Source of the DNA: Planctomycetota bacterium
GTDB lineage: Bacteria; Planctomycetota; PLA2; JAEUHO01
NCBI GenBank assembly: GCA_965223505.1
Contig: CBDCWP010000026.1
Coordinates: 1-64,000, forward strand
Direction of reading: 5' to 3'
DNA: 64,000 nucleotides
Shown here: in pieces, positions 1 to 9,275 of the stretch
Layout: each line of letters starts with the position of its first letter
How positions within the stretch are numbered: position 1 is the stretch's first letter
The notes under the pieces: generated by a model
Databases searched by the model: none
Told to the model about the DNA's origin: nothing
What the model saw: only the letters and a program-made list of their open reading frames with translations
Made by a program: the position numbers and the translations under genes

Positions 1-288
1 GCGCAGCGCCCTCGAAGTCCTGCCCGCGGCGTGCAGGGAGAGCGCAACGGTCCATGCTTTGACGAGCCTGGCCGGCGGTTCCGGCGGCGGCGGCGCGGTC
101 AGCATCTCGCGCTCTTCGTCGGTCGGCCCGACGTAGGCGGTGGTGGCGAGGCCGGGTTGCCGTGTCGTGTCTTCGACGCGCGGCGCCTCGGGACCGTCCA
201 CATCGGACGACTCGGCGCCGGCGTCCATCAGCCATACCGCGAGCGCGACGGCGAGCACTATCCCCAGGATGAGCATCGTCGTCCGCAT
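1..288 (-). CDS. Hypothetical exported or membrane-anchored protein, runs off the left edge (partial)
   Basis: Manual translation from ATG at 288: MRTTMLILGIVLAVALAVWLMDAGAESSDVDGPEAPRVED..., a hydrophobic N-terminal segment; not in the ORF track. Confidence 0.65.
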   Translation of the reverse strand, partial: MRTTMLILGIVLAVALAVWLMDAGAESSDVDGPEAPRVEDTTRQPGLATTAYVGPTDEEREMLTAPPPPEPPARLVKAWTVALSLHAAGRTSRALR

Positions 289-374
289 GGCGCCCTGCCA
301 TCACCCTACTAGAATCCGCGGAACGGGCACCGCGGGTGTCTCTTGGACGATACGCAGGGGACGTTGCGTCCCTG

Positions 375-551
375 GGCTCTGTATTTGAAATGCCGCGTCG
401 CGAGCCCGGGGAGACCGATGCGAGCCCGAGCCCGAACGAGCGGTTCTCGCCGCAGGCGGGCTCCGTGCCCGTCGAGGACGAGGTTCCGAGTTCGGGCCGG
501 GCGCAGCGAGAGCATCGCCGGGCGCAGCAGCGGCCATTTCCAAACAGAGCC
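375..551. mobile_element. MITE-like non-autonomous element or long imperfect palindrome
   Basis: Terminal inverted repeats GGCTCTGTATTTGAAATG (375-392) and CATTTCCAAACAGAGCC (535-551); nested internal complementary blocks; no credible coding capacity. Confidence 0.6.
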
Positions 552-1237
552 TAACGCGTCATGCCGAGGTGCTTCGCCGCCTCGCGGAAGCTCAGGGTCG
601 AGAGGCGGTCACCATGCTCTCGCAGGAAGCGCTTCACGCCCGCCGGATTCGTGTAGGCGTGCTCGCGCAGCGCCCAACCGATCGCCTTGCGAATGAAGAA
701 CTCCTTCTCCTCACAGCGCCGCAGACACACGTCGAAGAGCCAGGCCTCGTCCGTTGAGTCCTTGTGCTTGAGCTGGCAGATGATCGAGGAACGGCGAATC
801 CACATGTTGTCGTCGTCCACCCAGCGATCGAGCTTGGGCTTCAGCTTGGCCCGCTGGTCGAGGAGCACGCGCCCCACCATGTGCGGCGCGACCATGTCGA
901 CCGTGTCCCACCACGCGCCGTCGACGATCATCTTGCGGTACATCGGGATCGCGCCCAGCGTCATGTACTGCCTGTGATGTATGGCGAGCTCGCACGCCAG
1001 ATAGCGCTCCTCGCGATAGGGCTGCGCGAAGAGCGCGAGCACGGCTTCTTTGTACGCGGCGCGCGACTCGATCGGATACCGCCTGACCAGCTCGCGAAAC
1101 ACCTCGACGCGGCCCGGCTTCTGCACGCCGTGAAACGGGTCGTCGGTCTTCATGTAGGCCGCCATCGGGCCGGCCTTGGCCTTGTTGGCGCGTTTCCGCA
1201 GCTCGCGCCGCACGAATCGAAGCATGGCGTCCGTCAT
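551..1237 (-). CDS. DNA alkylation repair protein (AlkD-like DNA glycosylase family)
   Basis: MAAYMK..F.GVQKP, WWDTVD, NMWIRRSSI, EFFIRKAIGWALRE, LSFREAAKHL motifs; start MTDAML at 1237. Confidence 0.88.
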   Translation of the reverse strand: MTDAMLRFVRRELRKRANKAKAGPMAAYMKTDDPFHGVQKPGRVEVFRELVRRYPIESRAAYKEAVLALFAQPYREERYLACELAIHHRQYMTLGAIPMYRKMIVDGAWWDTVDMVAPHMVGRVLLDQRAKLKPKLDRWVDDDNMWIRRSSIICQLKHKDSTDEAWLFDVCLRRCEEKEFFIRKAIGWALREHAYTNPAGVKRFLREHGDRLSTLSFREAAKHLGMTR

Positions 1238-1263
1238 GGCGCGGGATTGTAGGATGGGCGTCG

Positions 1264-3117
1264 ATGCGCCGACTGCTCCCGCTCCTCCTTCTGGCCGCGA
1301 CGTTCTTCGCGTTGACGCCCGTCCCCGCACCGGCCGTGGCGAAGGAGAAGGAGAAGCCTGCGGCCATCACGAAGGGCGAGCTACGCGACTGGGTCAAGGT
1401 GCTCGCGGACGACGACTGGAAGGGCCGCGAGGCCGGCGAGCCGGGCTGCGACGCCGCCGCGGACCTGATCGCCGCCGAGCTGAAGCGACTCGGGCTCACG
1501 CCGGTGGGCGACGACGGCACCTACTTCCAGGCGTTCCAGCGGCCGCGCGGCATGAAGGTCCTCGAGACGACGTCGCTGACGGTGGTCGACAAGAAGGGGA
1601 AGGAGACGTCCTTCAAGCTGGCGATCGACTTCTCGCCCCACGACCTCTCGTCGAAGGGCAGCATCGACGCGGACGTCGTGTTCGCCGGATTCGGCATCTC
1701 CGCCCCCAGTCTCGGGTACGACGACTACGAAGGGCTGGACGTCAAGGACAAGGTCGTGGTGATCCTGCGCCACGCGCCCAACTACGGCGACCGCAAGAGT
1801 CCGTTCGCGAACGCCGGCGCGATGCAGCGCCACGGGACCTGGCAGGCCAAAGTCGATCTGGCCGTCAAGAAGGGCGCCGCGGCGCTCGTCACCGTCAACG
1901 ATCCCCTGACGTTCAACCGCAAGTCGAGCGACGCGCTCAAGCCGCCGGGCGGCACGCAGGCCGGCAAGATTCCGGTGTTCCACATGACCTGGAACGCCGG
2001 CAAGAAGTTCGGCAGCAAGCTCGGTGTGAAACTCGTCTCCAAGCAGAAGCGCATCGACGCGAAGCTGCGGCCCGCCAGTGAGGCGCTCGACGGCGTACGC
2101 ATCAAGATGGTGTGCGACCTCGCAGTCGACGTTCGCAAGATGAAGAACGTCGTGGGGCTCATCGAGCCGGAGCGCGCCACGACCGGCGACGGGGCCAAGG
2201 CGGACGGCGATACGGCGAACGATGGCGAGACCGTCGTGCTCGGCGCGCACTACGACCACGTCGGGGTGGGACGCTTCGGCTCGGTGTCCAAGGCCACCGG
2301 ACAGATCCACAACGGCGCCGACGACAATGCCTCCGGAACGTCCGCGCTGCTCGAGATCGCAGGCCTGCTCGCGTCCCGACGTAGCGAGCTGAAGCGCCCG
2401 ATCCTCTGCATCTGGTTCTCGGGCGAAGAGTTGGGACTGTGGGGCAGCAAGCACTACGCGGGCGCGCCGGTCGTTCCGCTTGCGAAGACCGTCGCGATGG
2501 TCAATCTCGACATGGTGGGCCGGCTCGACAAGAACCACCTGATGATCGGCGGTACGGGCACCTCCCCCATCTGGCCCGAGCTGCTCGAGACGCTGAACCA
2601 GGAGGGCAAGTTCAAGCTGACGAAGTGGCCGGGCGGCAAGGCGCCGAGCGACCACACGTCGTTCTACGAGAAGGACGTCCCGGTCCTGTTCTTCTTCACC
2701 GGCTTGCACAACGACTACCACACGCCCGCCGACGACTGGAACACGCTCAACTACGCCGGTCAGGAGCGCGTCGCGCGCATGGCCGCGAACGTCGCTCTGC
2801 ACCTCGCCACGATGCCCGAACGGCCGCAATTCACGAAGTGCGACATCGGCGGCTTCGCAGTCGGCCCTTACTCCGGCCTCGCGGTCGAACAGAAGGAAGA
2901 CGGTGTCTATGTCGCGCACGTCGAGAAGAAGAGCCCCGCGAGCCGGGCGCGCTTCAAGGTCGGCGACCGCATCGTCGAGTGGAACACCATGCCGGTGAAG
3001 GACACGACCGTCTACAACAGCCTCGTCTCCAAGGCCAAGCCCGGCGACAAGGTCGACGTCATCGTCAATCGAGGCGGCAAGGAGAAGCGCCTCAAGATGA
3101 AGCTGGGAAGCACGTAG
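1264..3117 (+). CDS. Secreted M28-family aminopeptidase with PA and C-terminal PDZ domains
   Basis: Signal peptide; GAHYDHVG, NGADDNASG, FSGEELGLWGS, NLDMVGR, PSDH, HNDYH; PDZ-like C-terminus. Confidence 0.93.
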   Translation: MRRLLPLLLLAATFFALTPVPAPAVAKEKEKPAAITKGELRDWVKVLADDDWKGREAGEPGCDAAADLIAAELKRLGLTPVGDDGTYFQAFQRPRGMKVLETTSLTVVDKKGKETSFKLAIDFSPHDLSSKGSIDADVVFAGFGISAPSLGYDDYEGLDVKDKVVVILRHAPNYGDRKSPFANAGAMQRHGTWQAKVDLAVKKGAAALVTVNDPLTFNRKSSDALKPPGGTQAGKIPVFHMTWNAGKKFGSKLGVKLVSKQKRIDAKLRPASEALDGVRIKMVCDLAVDVRKMKNVVGLIEPERATTGDGAKADGDTANDGETVVLGAHYDHVGVGRFGSVSKATGQIHNGADDNASGTSALLEIAGLLASRRSELKRPILCIWFSGEELGLWGSKHYAGAPVVPLAKTVAMVNLDMVGRLDKNHLMIGGTGTSPIWPELLETLNQEGKFKLTKWPGGKAPSDHTSFYEKDVPVLFFFTGLHNDYHTPADDWNTLNYAGQERVARMAANVALHLATMPERPQFTKCDIGGFAVGPYSGLAVEQKEDGVYVAHVEKKSPASRARFKVGDRIVEWNTMPVKDTTVYNSLVSKAKPGDKVDVIVNRGGKEKRLKMKLGST

Positions 3118-3140
3118 GGCACGACTGCGTTCTCTCCCCC

Positions 3141-4298
3141 ATGCGTATCCTCGTTCTCATCGGATGCCTCGCCCTTCTGCTCGCCCGTCCGGCCGGCACA
3201 TGCTGCATGGTGCCGATGTCGTTCGCCGGCGACGTCGATCAGTCCGCCCAACGGGTAATCGCGGTTCATCACGACGGGCACCAGGAGCTCATCGCGCGCG
3301 TCGCGCCGTTCTTCCAGGGCACCGACGACACGCCGGCGTACCTGGCGTGGGTCTTGACCGTGCCGTCGAAGCCGACGGGCTACGACGTCGTCGCACCGGA
3401 GGTGTTCAAGGAAGCGGCGGCGCTCGCGGATCGGCTCGAGGCTCTGGCCGCCCGACAGGAGGCCCGGCGCTCGAGGTTCTTCAACCCCGTCCCGAAAGGC
3501 ATGCTCGGCGTCGACAGCATGCAAGTCACGGCCGCGGCCAGGGGCGGGCTCGACGTGTCGGCGCCGGTCGAGGTCGGCCCGTACGAGATCACGGAGGTCA
3601 AGGCGCGCGGCGTCGACGCGCTGGACCAGCTCAACGCGTACCTCGACGCGCGCGGCTTCCCGCAGGAGGACCCGGCGCACATGCGCTGGTTCGTCGAGAA
3701 CGACTTCACGTTCCTGTGCATCTACATCACCCCGCCCGAGGGGCAGGACCGGCTCGGCAAGCAGCTCGAGCTCGACGCACTGCGCGTCGGCTTCGCAGCC
3801 GAGCGCCCCTACTACCCGGGCATGTTCAGCAGCCGCCAGGGCAACTTCTCGTTGGCGCTGACGGTCGTCACGTCGAAGCCGCTCGCGGCATCGGCGCTGA
3901 ACGCGCAGCGCGGCAAGCTCAACGCGCGGTCGAGCGACTACCGCAACCTCTGGACGGTGAAGGCGTTTCCGGGCGCGCTGGGCAAGTCCGTCGCGGACGT
4001 CCCGCCCCTTCACGGCGTCGAGCGCTGGTATGTCAACGCGTTGCACTCCCGGGGCTTCAACCGCAACCGCGACGATGGGACGCCCGAGATCGCGCATTGG
4101 CGCGAAGACGTCTTCTTCGCCTTGGGTGGTGAAGCCGACGAGCCGCCGTCCTGGTACTACGGCGACCGCGACATCGGCGCCGTCGAGCGCGCGTGGCGCG
4201 AACATCGGATCGCGATCGTCATCTGGACCGCTCTGATCGCGGCCTGCGTCACGGCGATCTGGATCGTTCGGCGCAAGCGGCGCCTCGCGCGGGCCTAG
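3141..4298 (+). CDS. DUF2330-like exported protein with C-terminal membrane anchor
   Basis: Start MRILVLIGC at 3141; signal peptide then CC; AWVLTVPSKP and VGPYE segments; C-terminal TM helix plus RRKRR. Confidence 0.7.
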   Translation: MRILVLIGCLALLLARPAGTCCMVPMSFAGDVDQSAQRVIAVHHDGHQELIARVAPFFQGTDDTPAYLAWVLTVPSKPTGYDVVAPEVFKEAAALADRLEALAARQEARRSRFFNPVPKGMLGVDSMQVTAAARGGLDVSAPVEVGPYEITEVKARGVDALDQLNAYLDARGFPQEDPAHMRWFVENDFTFLCIYITPPEGQDRLGKQLELDALRVGFAAERPYYPGMFSSRQGNFSLALTVVTSKPLAASALNAQRGKLNARSSDYRNLWTVKAFPGALGKSVADVPPLHGVERWYVNALHSRGFNRNRDDGTPEIAHWREDVFFALGGEADEPPSWYYGDRDIGAVERAWREHRIAIVIWTALIAACVTAIWIVRRKRRLARA

Positions 4299-5533
4299 CG
4301 AATCCGCGGCGGCGGCAGCCTCCCGGGCTCCGGCGCCACGGGCGCCGGCTCCGGGAGCGGCTCCTCGATCGGCCGGAACGGCGCCGCGCCATTCGTCGCG
4401 GGCGCGGGCGCCAGTGACGCGCCCGGCGGGTGATCGCTCCAGCTGTCGACGTTGCCACCCATGCGCACGCCCAGGTCGTAGAGCCGGCGCATCGTGGCCG
4501 GATCGAACGCGAGCTTGTCCGCTGCTTCCGCCGTGTACTCATTCGGAATGTGCGTCATACGGAACGTGAACCCGCGCATCTGCGCGATCCCCCATGCGTG
4601 CCACAGGCTGCCGATCATGGACTCGGAGATCAGGGTCGCCAGGCCGCGCCGCCAGATGTCCGGCAGGTTCGGTTGAACGCACTCCGTCGTGTTTCCGAAG
4701 GCGGAGTTCGCGATGACGTACACGTCGCCACGCGGCATCGGGTCGGTCAGCGGATCGGCGCCGGGCTGCGCCGCCAATGCTGCATGCACGTCCGGCACGA
4801 ACACCTGATCGCAGATCCCCCCGTCCACGTACATCTCGCCGTGGATGAGCACGGGAGGCAGGATCAGCGGGATGCTCGAAGCCGCCAGGAGGACACGCCG
4901 GTAGAGCTGGTACTCGCCGGCGCGGGCGAGGGCCGTCATGTCCCAGACCCGCATCGCGCCGCAGTCGAGGTCGGTCGTTGCCACGAGCAGGAGGCGCTTC
5001 CCGTCCTCGGAACGCGTCGCAACTCGATCGATGACCTCGTCCGTGACGTACCGCCCCAGCAGACGCCGCAGCTTGTCGGACTTCGAGACCGACTCGACGA
5101 ACGGAATCGAGATCCGCGAGCGTTCGTCGACGATGTCGTCACGTGAGATCGTCGTGAAGCAGTGCTCGATCATTCGATCCGCTTCGGGCGTGTCGACGAA
5201 GACGAACGTACCCAGGAGCGCGCCGGTGCTCACCCCGGTGATGATGTGGAAGTCCGGACGGCCGGTGGCGTCCGTCTCGGCGGACCGGCGCCAGCCATTG
5301 ACGACCCCGGCGGCGAAGGCGCCGTTCTGTCCGCCGCTCGAGAGCGCCAAGATCTGCAGGTCCGCGTCGGGGTTCATGTGCGCGGTGCGCGCGACGGCGG
5401 CGCGCACCTCCGCGTCGCGTGAGGCGACGTGCGCGGGCATGTCGCTCGGGTGCACGCACGTGCGGGTGGTACAAGCGCTTTCGGCGAGCAGGACCACACC
5501 CAGCAAAGCCACGAGGCCCCACCCGCGTCGCAT
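4295..5533 (-). CDS. Patatin-like phospholipase family lipoprotein
   Basis: LSSGGQNGAF, GVSTG nucleophile motif, YVDGG. Confidence 0.9.
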   Translation of the reverse strand: MRRGWGLVALLGVVLLAESACTTRTCVHPSDMPAHVASRDAEVRAAVARTAHMNPDADLQILALSSGGQNGAFAAGVVNGWRRSAETDATGRPDFHIITGVSTGALLGTFVFVDTPEADRMIEHCFTTISRDDIVDERSRISIPFVESVSKSDKLRRLLGRYVTDEVIDRVATRSEDGKRLLLVATTDLDCGAMRVWDMTALARAGEYQLYRRVLLAASSIPLILPPVLIHGEMYVDGGICDQVFVPDVHAALAAQPGADPLTDPMPRGDVYVIANSAFGNTTECVQPNLPDIWRRGLATLISESMIGSLWHAWGIAQMRGFTFRMTHIPNEYTAEAADKLAFDPATMRRLYDLGVRMGGNVDSWSDHPPGASLAPAPATNGAAPFRPIEEPLPEPAPVAPEPGRLPPPRIR

Positions 5534-5604
5534 CGCGTTCCTCCTTCGCCAACCGAACCCAACAACGCCCGCGCTCGTTCGTCATAGTCTACGGGAGGTC
5601 CGGC

Positions 5605-5790
5605 ATGCGCACGCTCATCACCGTCATCGTCACGGCCGCTCTCTCCGCGGGCATCACCTGGTACGTGATGCGGGACCACCCGCCGGCCGCGCTGGCGAAG
5701 ATCGAGGCCGAGACCCGGGAGGAGCTGCTAGTGCACCTCGACGCGCATCCACCCGCGCACGCGTACGATCCGCCGGCGCCCGACAGATAG
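5605..5790 (+). CDS. Small hypothetical membrane-anchored protein (61 aa)
   Basis: GGAGG RBS upstream of ATG 5605; N-terminal TM segment MRTLITVIVTAALSAGITWYV. Confidence 0.6.
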   Translation: MRTLITVIVTAALSAGITWYVMRDHPPAALAKIEAETREELLVHLDAHPPAHAYDPPAPDR

Positions 5791-5823
5791 CCACGCGGTA
5801 CGATCGGGCGCGGAGACGCACCC

Positions 5824-6321
5824 ATGCCGTATTCGATCGCGCTGCTTCTGATCTGCTTCTGCCTGATGGCGGCCTGGCCGCACGCCGCCGGCGGCGACGA
5901 CGAAGAACCGGGCGCGGCTGTTTCGAAGGTGCTCGACACGTTGCACGACGCCGCGTCGAAAGCCGACGGAGCGCGCTACTTCGCCCTGTTCACCGACGAC
6001 GCGGTGTTCATGGGAACGGATGCGAGCGAGCGCTGGACGATCGACGCGTTCAAGGCGTTCGCGAAACCGTACTTCGACAAGGGCACAGGCTGGACGTACA
6101 CGAAGAAGGAGCGCCACATCGACGTCGACGACAAGGCCGGATACGCGTGGTTCGACGAGCTGTTGGACAACGCCGCCTACGGCGTCTGCCGCGGCAGCGG
6201 CGTGCTGCGCAAGACGACCGACGGCTGGCGCGTCGTTCAGTACAACCTGACGATTCCCATCCCGAACGCGCTGGCCCAGGACCTCGTCGCGCGGATCCGC
6301 AAGGAGCAGTCCGAGAAGTAG
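5824..6321 (+). CDS. Exported SnoaL-like / NTF2-family protein
   Basis: Signal peptide; LHDAASKADG.RYF, FMGTDASERW, AWFDELL, CRGSGVL, QYNLTIPIPN. Confidence 0.85.
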   Translation: MPYSIALLLICFCLMAAWPHAAGGDDEEPGAAVSKVLDTLHDAASKADGARYFALFTDDAVFMGTDASERWTIDAFKAFAKPYFDKGTGWTYTKKERHIDVDDKAGYAWFDELLDNAAYGVCRGSGVLRKTTDGWRVVQYNLTIPIPNALAQDLVARIRKEQSEK

Positions 6322-6324
6322 CTG

Positions 6325-8226
6325 CTATCGCGTGGTGCCGACGACGATCTCGACCCAGGACCGGGCCTTGGCCTGGGTGCCGGCAGCCGGTGACTGACGG
6401 CACACGATGCCGCGCAACGACGGTTCGCGCGGCTCGTAGCTCAGCCGCACGAGGAACCCGGCATCACGCAGCTCCTTCTCGGCGGCCTTGCGTTCGAGCC
6501 CTGCTACATCCGGAATGGGCGTGGTCGTCACGTCCTGCGGCAGGGGTCGGCGCGCGACGACGATCGTGATGCGCGTTCGTTTCGCGACGACCTCCCCGGC
6601 GGAGGGCGACTGCGTGAGCACCTGTCCGTCGGGCGCGTCGTCGGTGAGCTCGAGCTTCGTGCGATAGCGCAGCCCGGCGCGCTTGATCTGGGTCTCGGCC
6701 ATGTCGCGCATGATGCCGATGACGTCCGGAACGATGATCTCCTCCGCGGCCGGCTCGCGCGGACCGGGCGCCGGCGGCGGCGGCGGTTCCGGCTTCGGCT
6801 CGGGCGCCGGCGGCTCGGGCTTCGGCTCGTCGGGGGCGGGCTCCGGCGACGGCGGCGGTTCGGGCTTCGGCTCGTCGGGACCCGGCTCCGGCGGCGGCGG
6901 CTCGGGCTTCGGCTCGTCGGGCGCCGGCTCCGGCGGCGGCGGTTCGGGCTTCGGCTCGTCGGGCGCCGGCTCCGGCGGCGGCGGCTCGGGCTTCGGCTCG
7001 TCGGGCGCCGGCTCCGGCGACGGTGGTTCGGGCTTCGGCTCGTCGGGCGCCGGCTCCGGCGGCGGCGGCTCGGGCTTCGGCTCGTCGGGCGCCGGCTCCG
7101 GCGGCGGCGGTTCGGGCTTCGGCTCGTCGGGCGCCGGCTCCGGCGGCGGCGGTTCGGGCTTCGGCTCGTCGGGAACCGGCTCCGGCGACGGCGGCTCGGG
7201 CATCGGCTCGTCGGGCGCCGGCTCCGGCGGCGGCGGTTCGGGCTTCGGCTCTTCGGGCGCCGGCTCCGGCGGCGGCGGTTCGGGCTTCGGCTCTTCGGGC
7301 GCCGGCTCCGGCGGCGTCGGCTCGGGCTTCGGCTCGTCGGGGCCGGGTTCGTCGGTCGGCGGAATGGGCGGCTCCGCCGGACCAGGCGTCGACCAACGCG
7401 CTTGACCGATGGTCAGCTCGATCGTCGTCCCCAACGCCACCTGATCGCCGGCCTTCGACGACTGCCGCACGACCTTGCCGAAGTCGCGCTCGTCATCCAC
7501 CGGCTCGAACACCAGGTACGCGGCGAGTCCGTCCTCGTTCAGACTTCGCTCCGCAGCCGCCTCGGACTGCCCGACGAGATGCATCATCTCGACGCGCACC
7601 TCGCCGACGAAGACGGCAACTTCATCTTGCTTGGCATGCGGTTCGCCGCCGCGCGGCTTCGTCCGCAAGACCAGGCCGTGCTTGTCGCGATCCTGGACGA
7701 TGTCCGGCCACTCCTTGGCCCGATAGCCGGCTTCCGCCAACCGCTGCTGCGCCTCGTCGAAGCTGAGACCGCGCACGTCCGGGACGTAGTCGCGCTGCAC
7801 GAACTTCGGCCCGAGCCAGATGCCGAGACCGGCCATGCCGAGCAGCAGCAGGAACACCAGTCCGGCCTTCCCGCCGCCTCCACCGCCATCGCCATCGCCG
7901 GTCGCGACCGGCTCCGACGCGACGTCGAGACGCAGTGGATGCTGCGTCGTCTCCTGCTTGCCTTCGTGATCCGTGATGCGCACGTGTACGACCGCGTTGC
8001 CTGGCTGTCCGGTCTCGACGCGAATGGGCACGTGCACCGCCTCGACACCATGCGGCAAGCCGTAGCGCCCGCCCGGACCGACACCCCGCAGGTCCAGCGC
8101 CTGCAGCGGACCCTCGGTCGCCACTTCGACGATGCACTCACCGCGCATCGCAGCCGGAACCTCGACCTTCGCGACGAACAGGGAGCCCTTCGAAGCGGGC
8201 ACACGATCGGGCAGGCTGATTCGCAT
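6325..8226 (-). CDS. Membrane-anchored multi-PASTA-domain protein with long Pro/Glu-rich spacer
   Basis: Start MRISLPDR at 8226; one TM segment; four PASTA-like repeats (VPDVRGLS, MMHLVGQS, VPDVIGIM, IPDVAGLE). Confidence 0.8.
   Translation of the reverse strand: MRISLPDRVPASKGSLFVAKVEVPAAMRGECIVEVATEGPLQALDLRGVGPGGRYGLPHGVEAVHVPIRVETGQPGNAVVHVRITDHEGKQETTQHPLRLDVASEPVATGDGDGGGGGGKAGLVFLLLLGMAGLGIWLGPKFVQRDYVPDVRGLSFDEAQQRLAEAGYRAKEWPDIVQDRDKHGLVLRTKPRGGEPHAKQDEVAVFVGEVRVEMMHLVGQSEAAAERSLNEDGLAAYLVFEPVDDERDFGKVVRQSSKAGDQVALGTTIELTIGQARWSTPGPAEPPIPPTDEPGPDEPKPEPTPPEPAPEEPKPEPPPPEPAPEEPKPEPPPPEPAPDEPMPEPPSPEPVPDEPKPEPPPPEPAPDEPKPEPPPPEPAPDEPKPEPPPPEPAPDEPKPEPPSPEPAPDEPKPEPPPPEPAPDEPKPEPPPPEPAPDEPKPEPPPPEPGPDEPKPEPPPSPEPAPDEPKPEPPAPEPKPEPPPPPAPGPREPAAEEIIVPDVIGIMRDMAETQIKRAGLRYRTKLELTDDAPDGQVLTQSPSAGEVVAKRTRITIVVARRPLPQDVTTTPIPDVAGLERKAAEKELRDAGFLVRLSYEPREPSLRGIVCRQSPAAGTQAKARSWVEIVVGTTR
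6790..7350 (-). repeat. Coding tandem repeat: about 13 copies of a 42-bp unit encoding EPAPDEPKPEPPPP
   Basis: Unit ggctccggcggcggcggctcgggcttcggctcgtcgggcgcc repeated in tandem on the + strand; boundaries approximate. Confidence 0.92.
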
Positions 8227-8327
8227 TCGAGGGTCCGGGGGCGGATTCCGACGGGCCCCCACGATACCGACAGGGGCACCCAGCGTAGATCGACCAACGG
8301 AGCGCGCGCCGTGATCGGTCGGCCCGG

Positions 8328-9275
8328 CTACCGGCGCAGGAACCGGTAGGTGAAGCCGTTCTCGCCCCACTTGAGCATGGCGCGACCGGGCTCGAGGTCG
8401 CTCTCCGTCACCACCGGGCTCTCGAGCGGCTCGCCGTGGCGCTCCGTCACCGCGATCCGCAGCCGACCGCCCCGAACGCTCCAGGTGCCGGACGCCGTCA
8501 GCAGACGCATCGCCCGGTGGCTGCCGCGCAAGGTGATCGCCCCGTCGGCCATCAACACGAGGACGAGGGGCTCGCCGCGGTCGCGCCAATGGGTGAAATC
8601 GATCTCGTGCTCGCGCTCCATCATCTTCAACGCCGTGGCGCGGCCTTCCTCGGTCATCTTCTCGAGATCGTCGGCCTGGGAGGCGACGAGACGGGCCAGC
8701 AGCCCTTCGTCGGCATGTTCGTAGTCGACCCGGTACACACCCGGCACCGCGTCCGAGGGCTGATCGCCCATAGGCTGGTTCCAGCGCTCGCGCAGCGCCG
8801 CTTCGTTCTTCGCGAACCAGGTGTGACAGCGTGCCTGCGCCGCGGGCGCCTCCTCGACGGGACTCGTGTGATCGAAGCCGAAGTCCTCACCGGTGATCGC
8901 CATGAGCGTGTCTGAGGCGGAGTGGCGCACCCAGCGCCGCGCATCGCCCAGCGCTTCGATGAGCGGAAGCAGCACGTCCACCGAACGCAGCTCGGCGAGC
9001 GCGTCGGCGGCGAACGACCGCACCATGTCGCTGCGGCTCTCGCGCATCAGCCGCACCAGCGGCAACGCGGCCGCGCGGATGCGTTCGTCCGAGACGCGCC
9101 GGATGCCTTCGAGCACGACGCTCTCGTCGCGGCTCGCGAGCGCGTCTGCCCACGACGCCGGCGCCTCCGCGACGGCCGGGGGCGGCGTCGGTTCGGGCGC
9201 GGCCGCGTCCTCGGCCTCTCCGCACGCTGAGAGCGACAACGCCATCCCGACGACCAGGCATCGCAGGACGCTCAT
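8328..9275 (-). CDS. HEAT-repeat lipoprotein
   Basis: Start MSVLRCL at 9275; lipobox LSAC; HEAT-like VRSFAADALAEL and LIEALGD..WVR; overlaps the tetR stop by 4 bp. Confidence 0.75.
   Translation of the reverse strand: MSVLRCLVVGMALSLSACGEAEDAAAPEPTPPPAVAEAPASWADALASRDESVVLEGIRRVSDERIRAAALPLVRLMRESRSDMVRSFAADALAELRSVDVLLPLIEALGDARRWVRHSASDTLMAITGEDFGFDHTSPVEEAPAAQARCHTWFAKNEAALRERWNQPMGDQPSDAVPGVYRVDYEHADEGLLARLVASQADDLEKMTEEGRATALKMMEREHEIDFTHWRDRGEPLVLVLMADGAITLRGSHRAMRLLTASGTWSVRGGRLRIAVTERHGEPLESPVVTESDLEPGRAMLKWGENGFTYRFLRR

Noticed and set aside
6790..7350. Regular repeats that could be taken for a CRISPR array
   Set aside because: Contiguous in-frame 42-bp coding units with no unique spacers and no cas genes
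6683..7405. 240-aa Gly/Ser-rich ORF (GSGGGGSGFGSSGA repeats) on the + strand
   Set aside because: It is the antisense shadow of the Pro/Glu repeat inside the PASTA gene; no RBS, signal peptide or independent support
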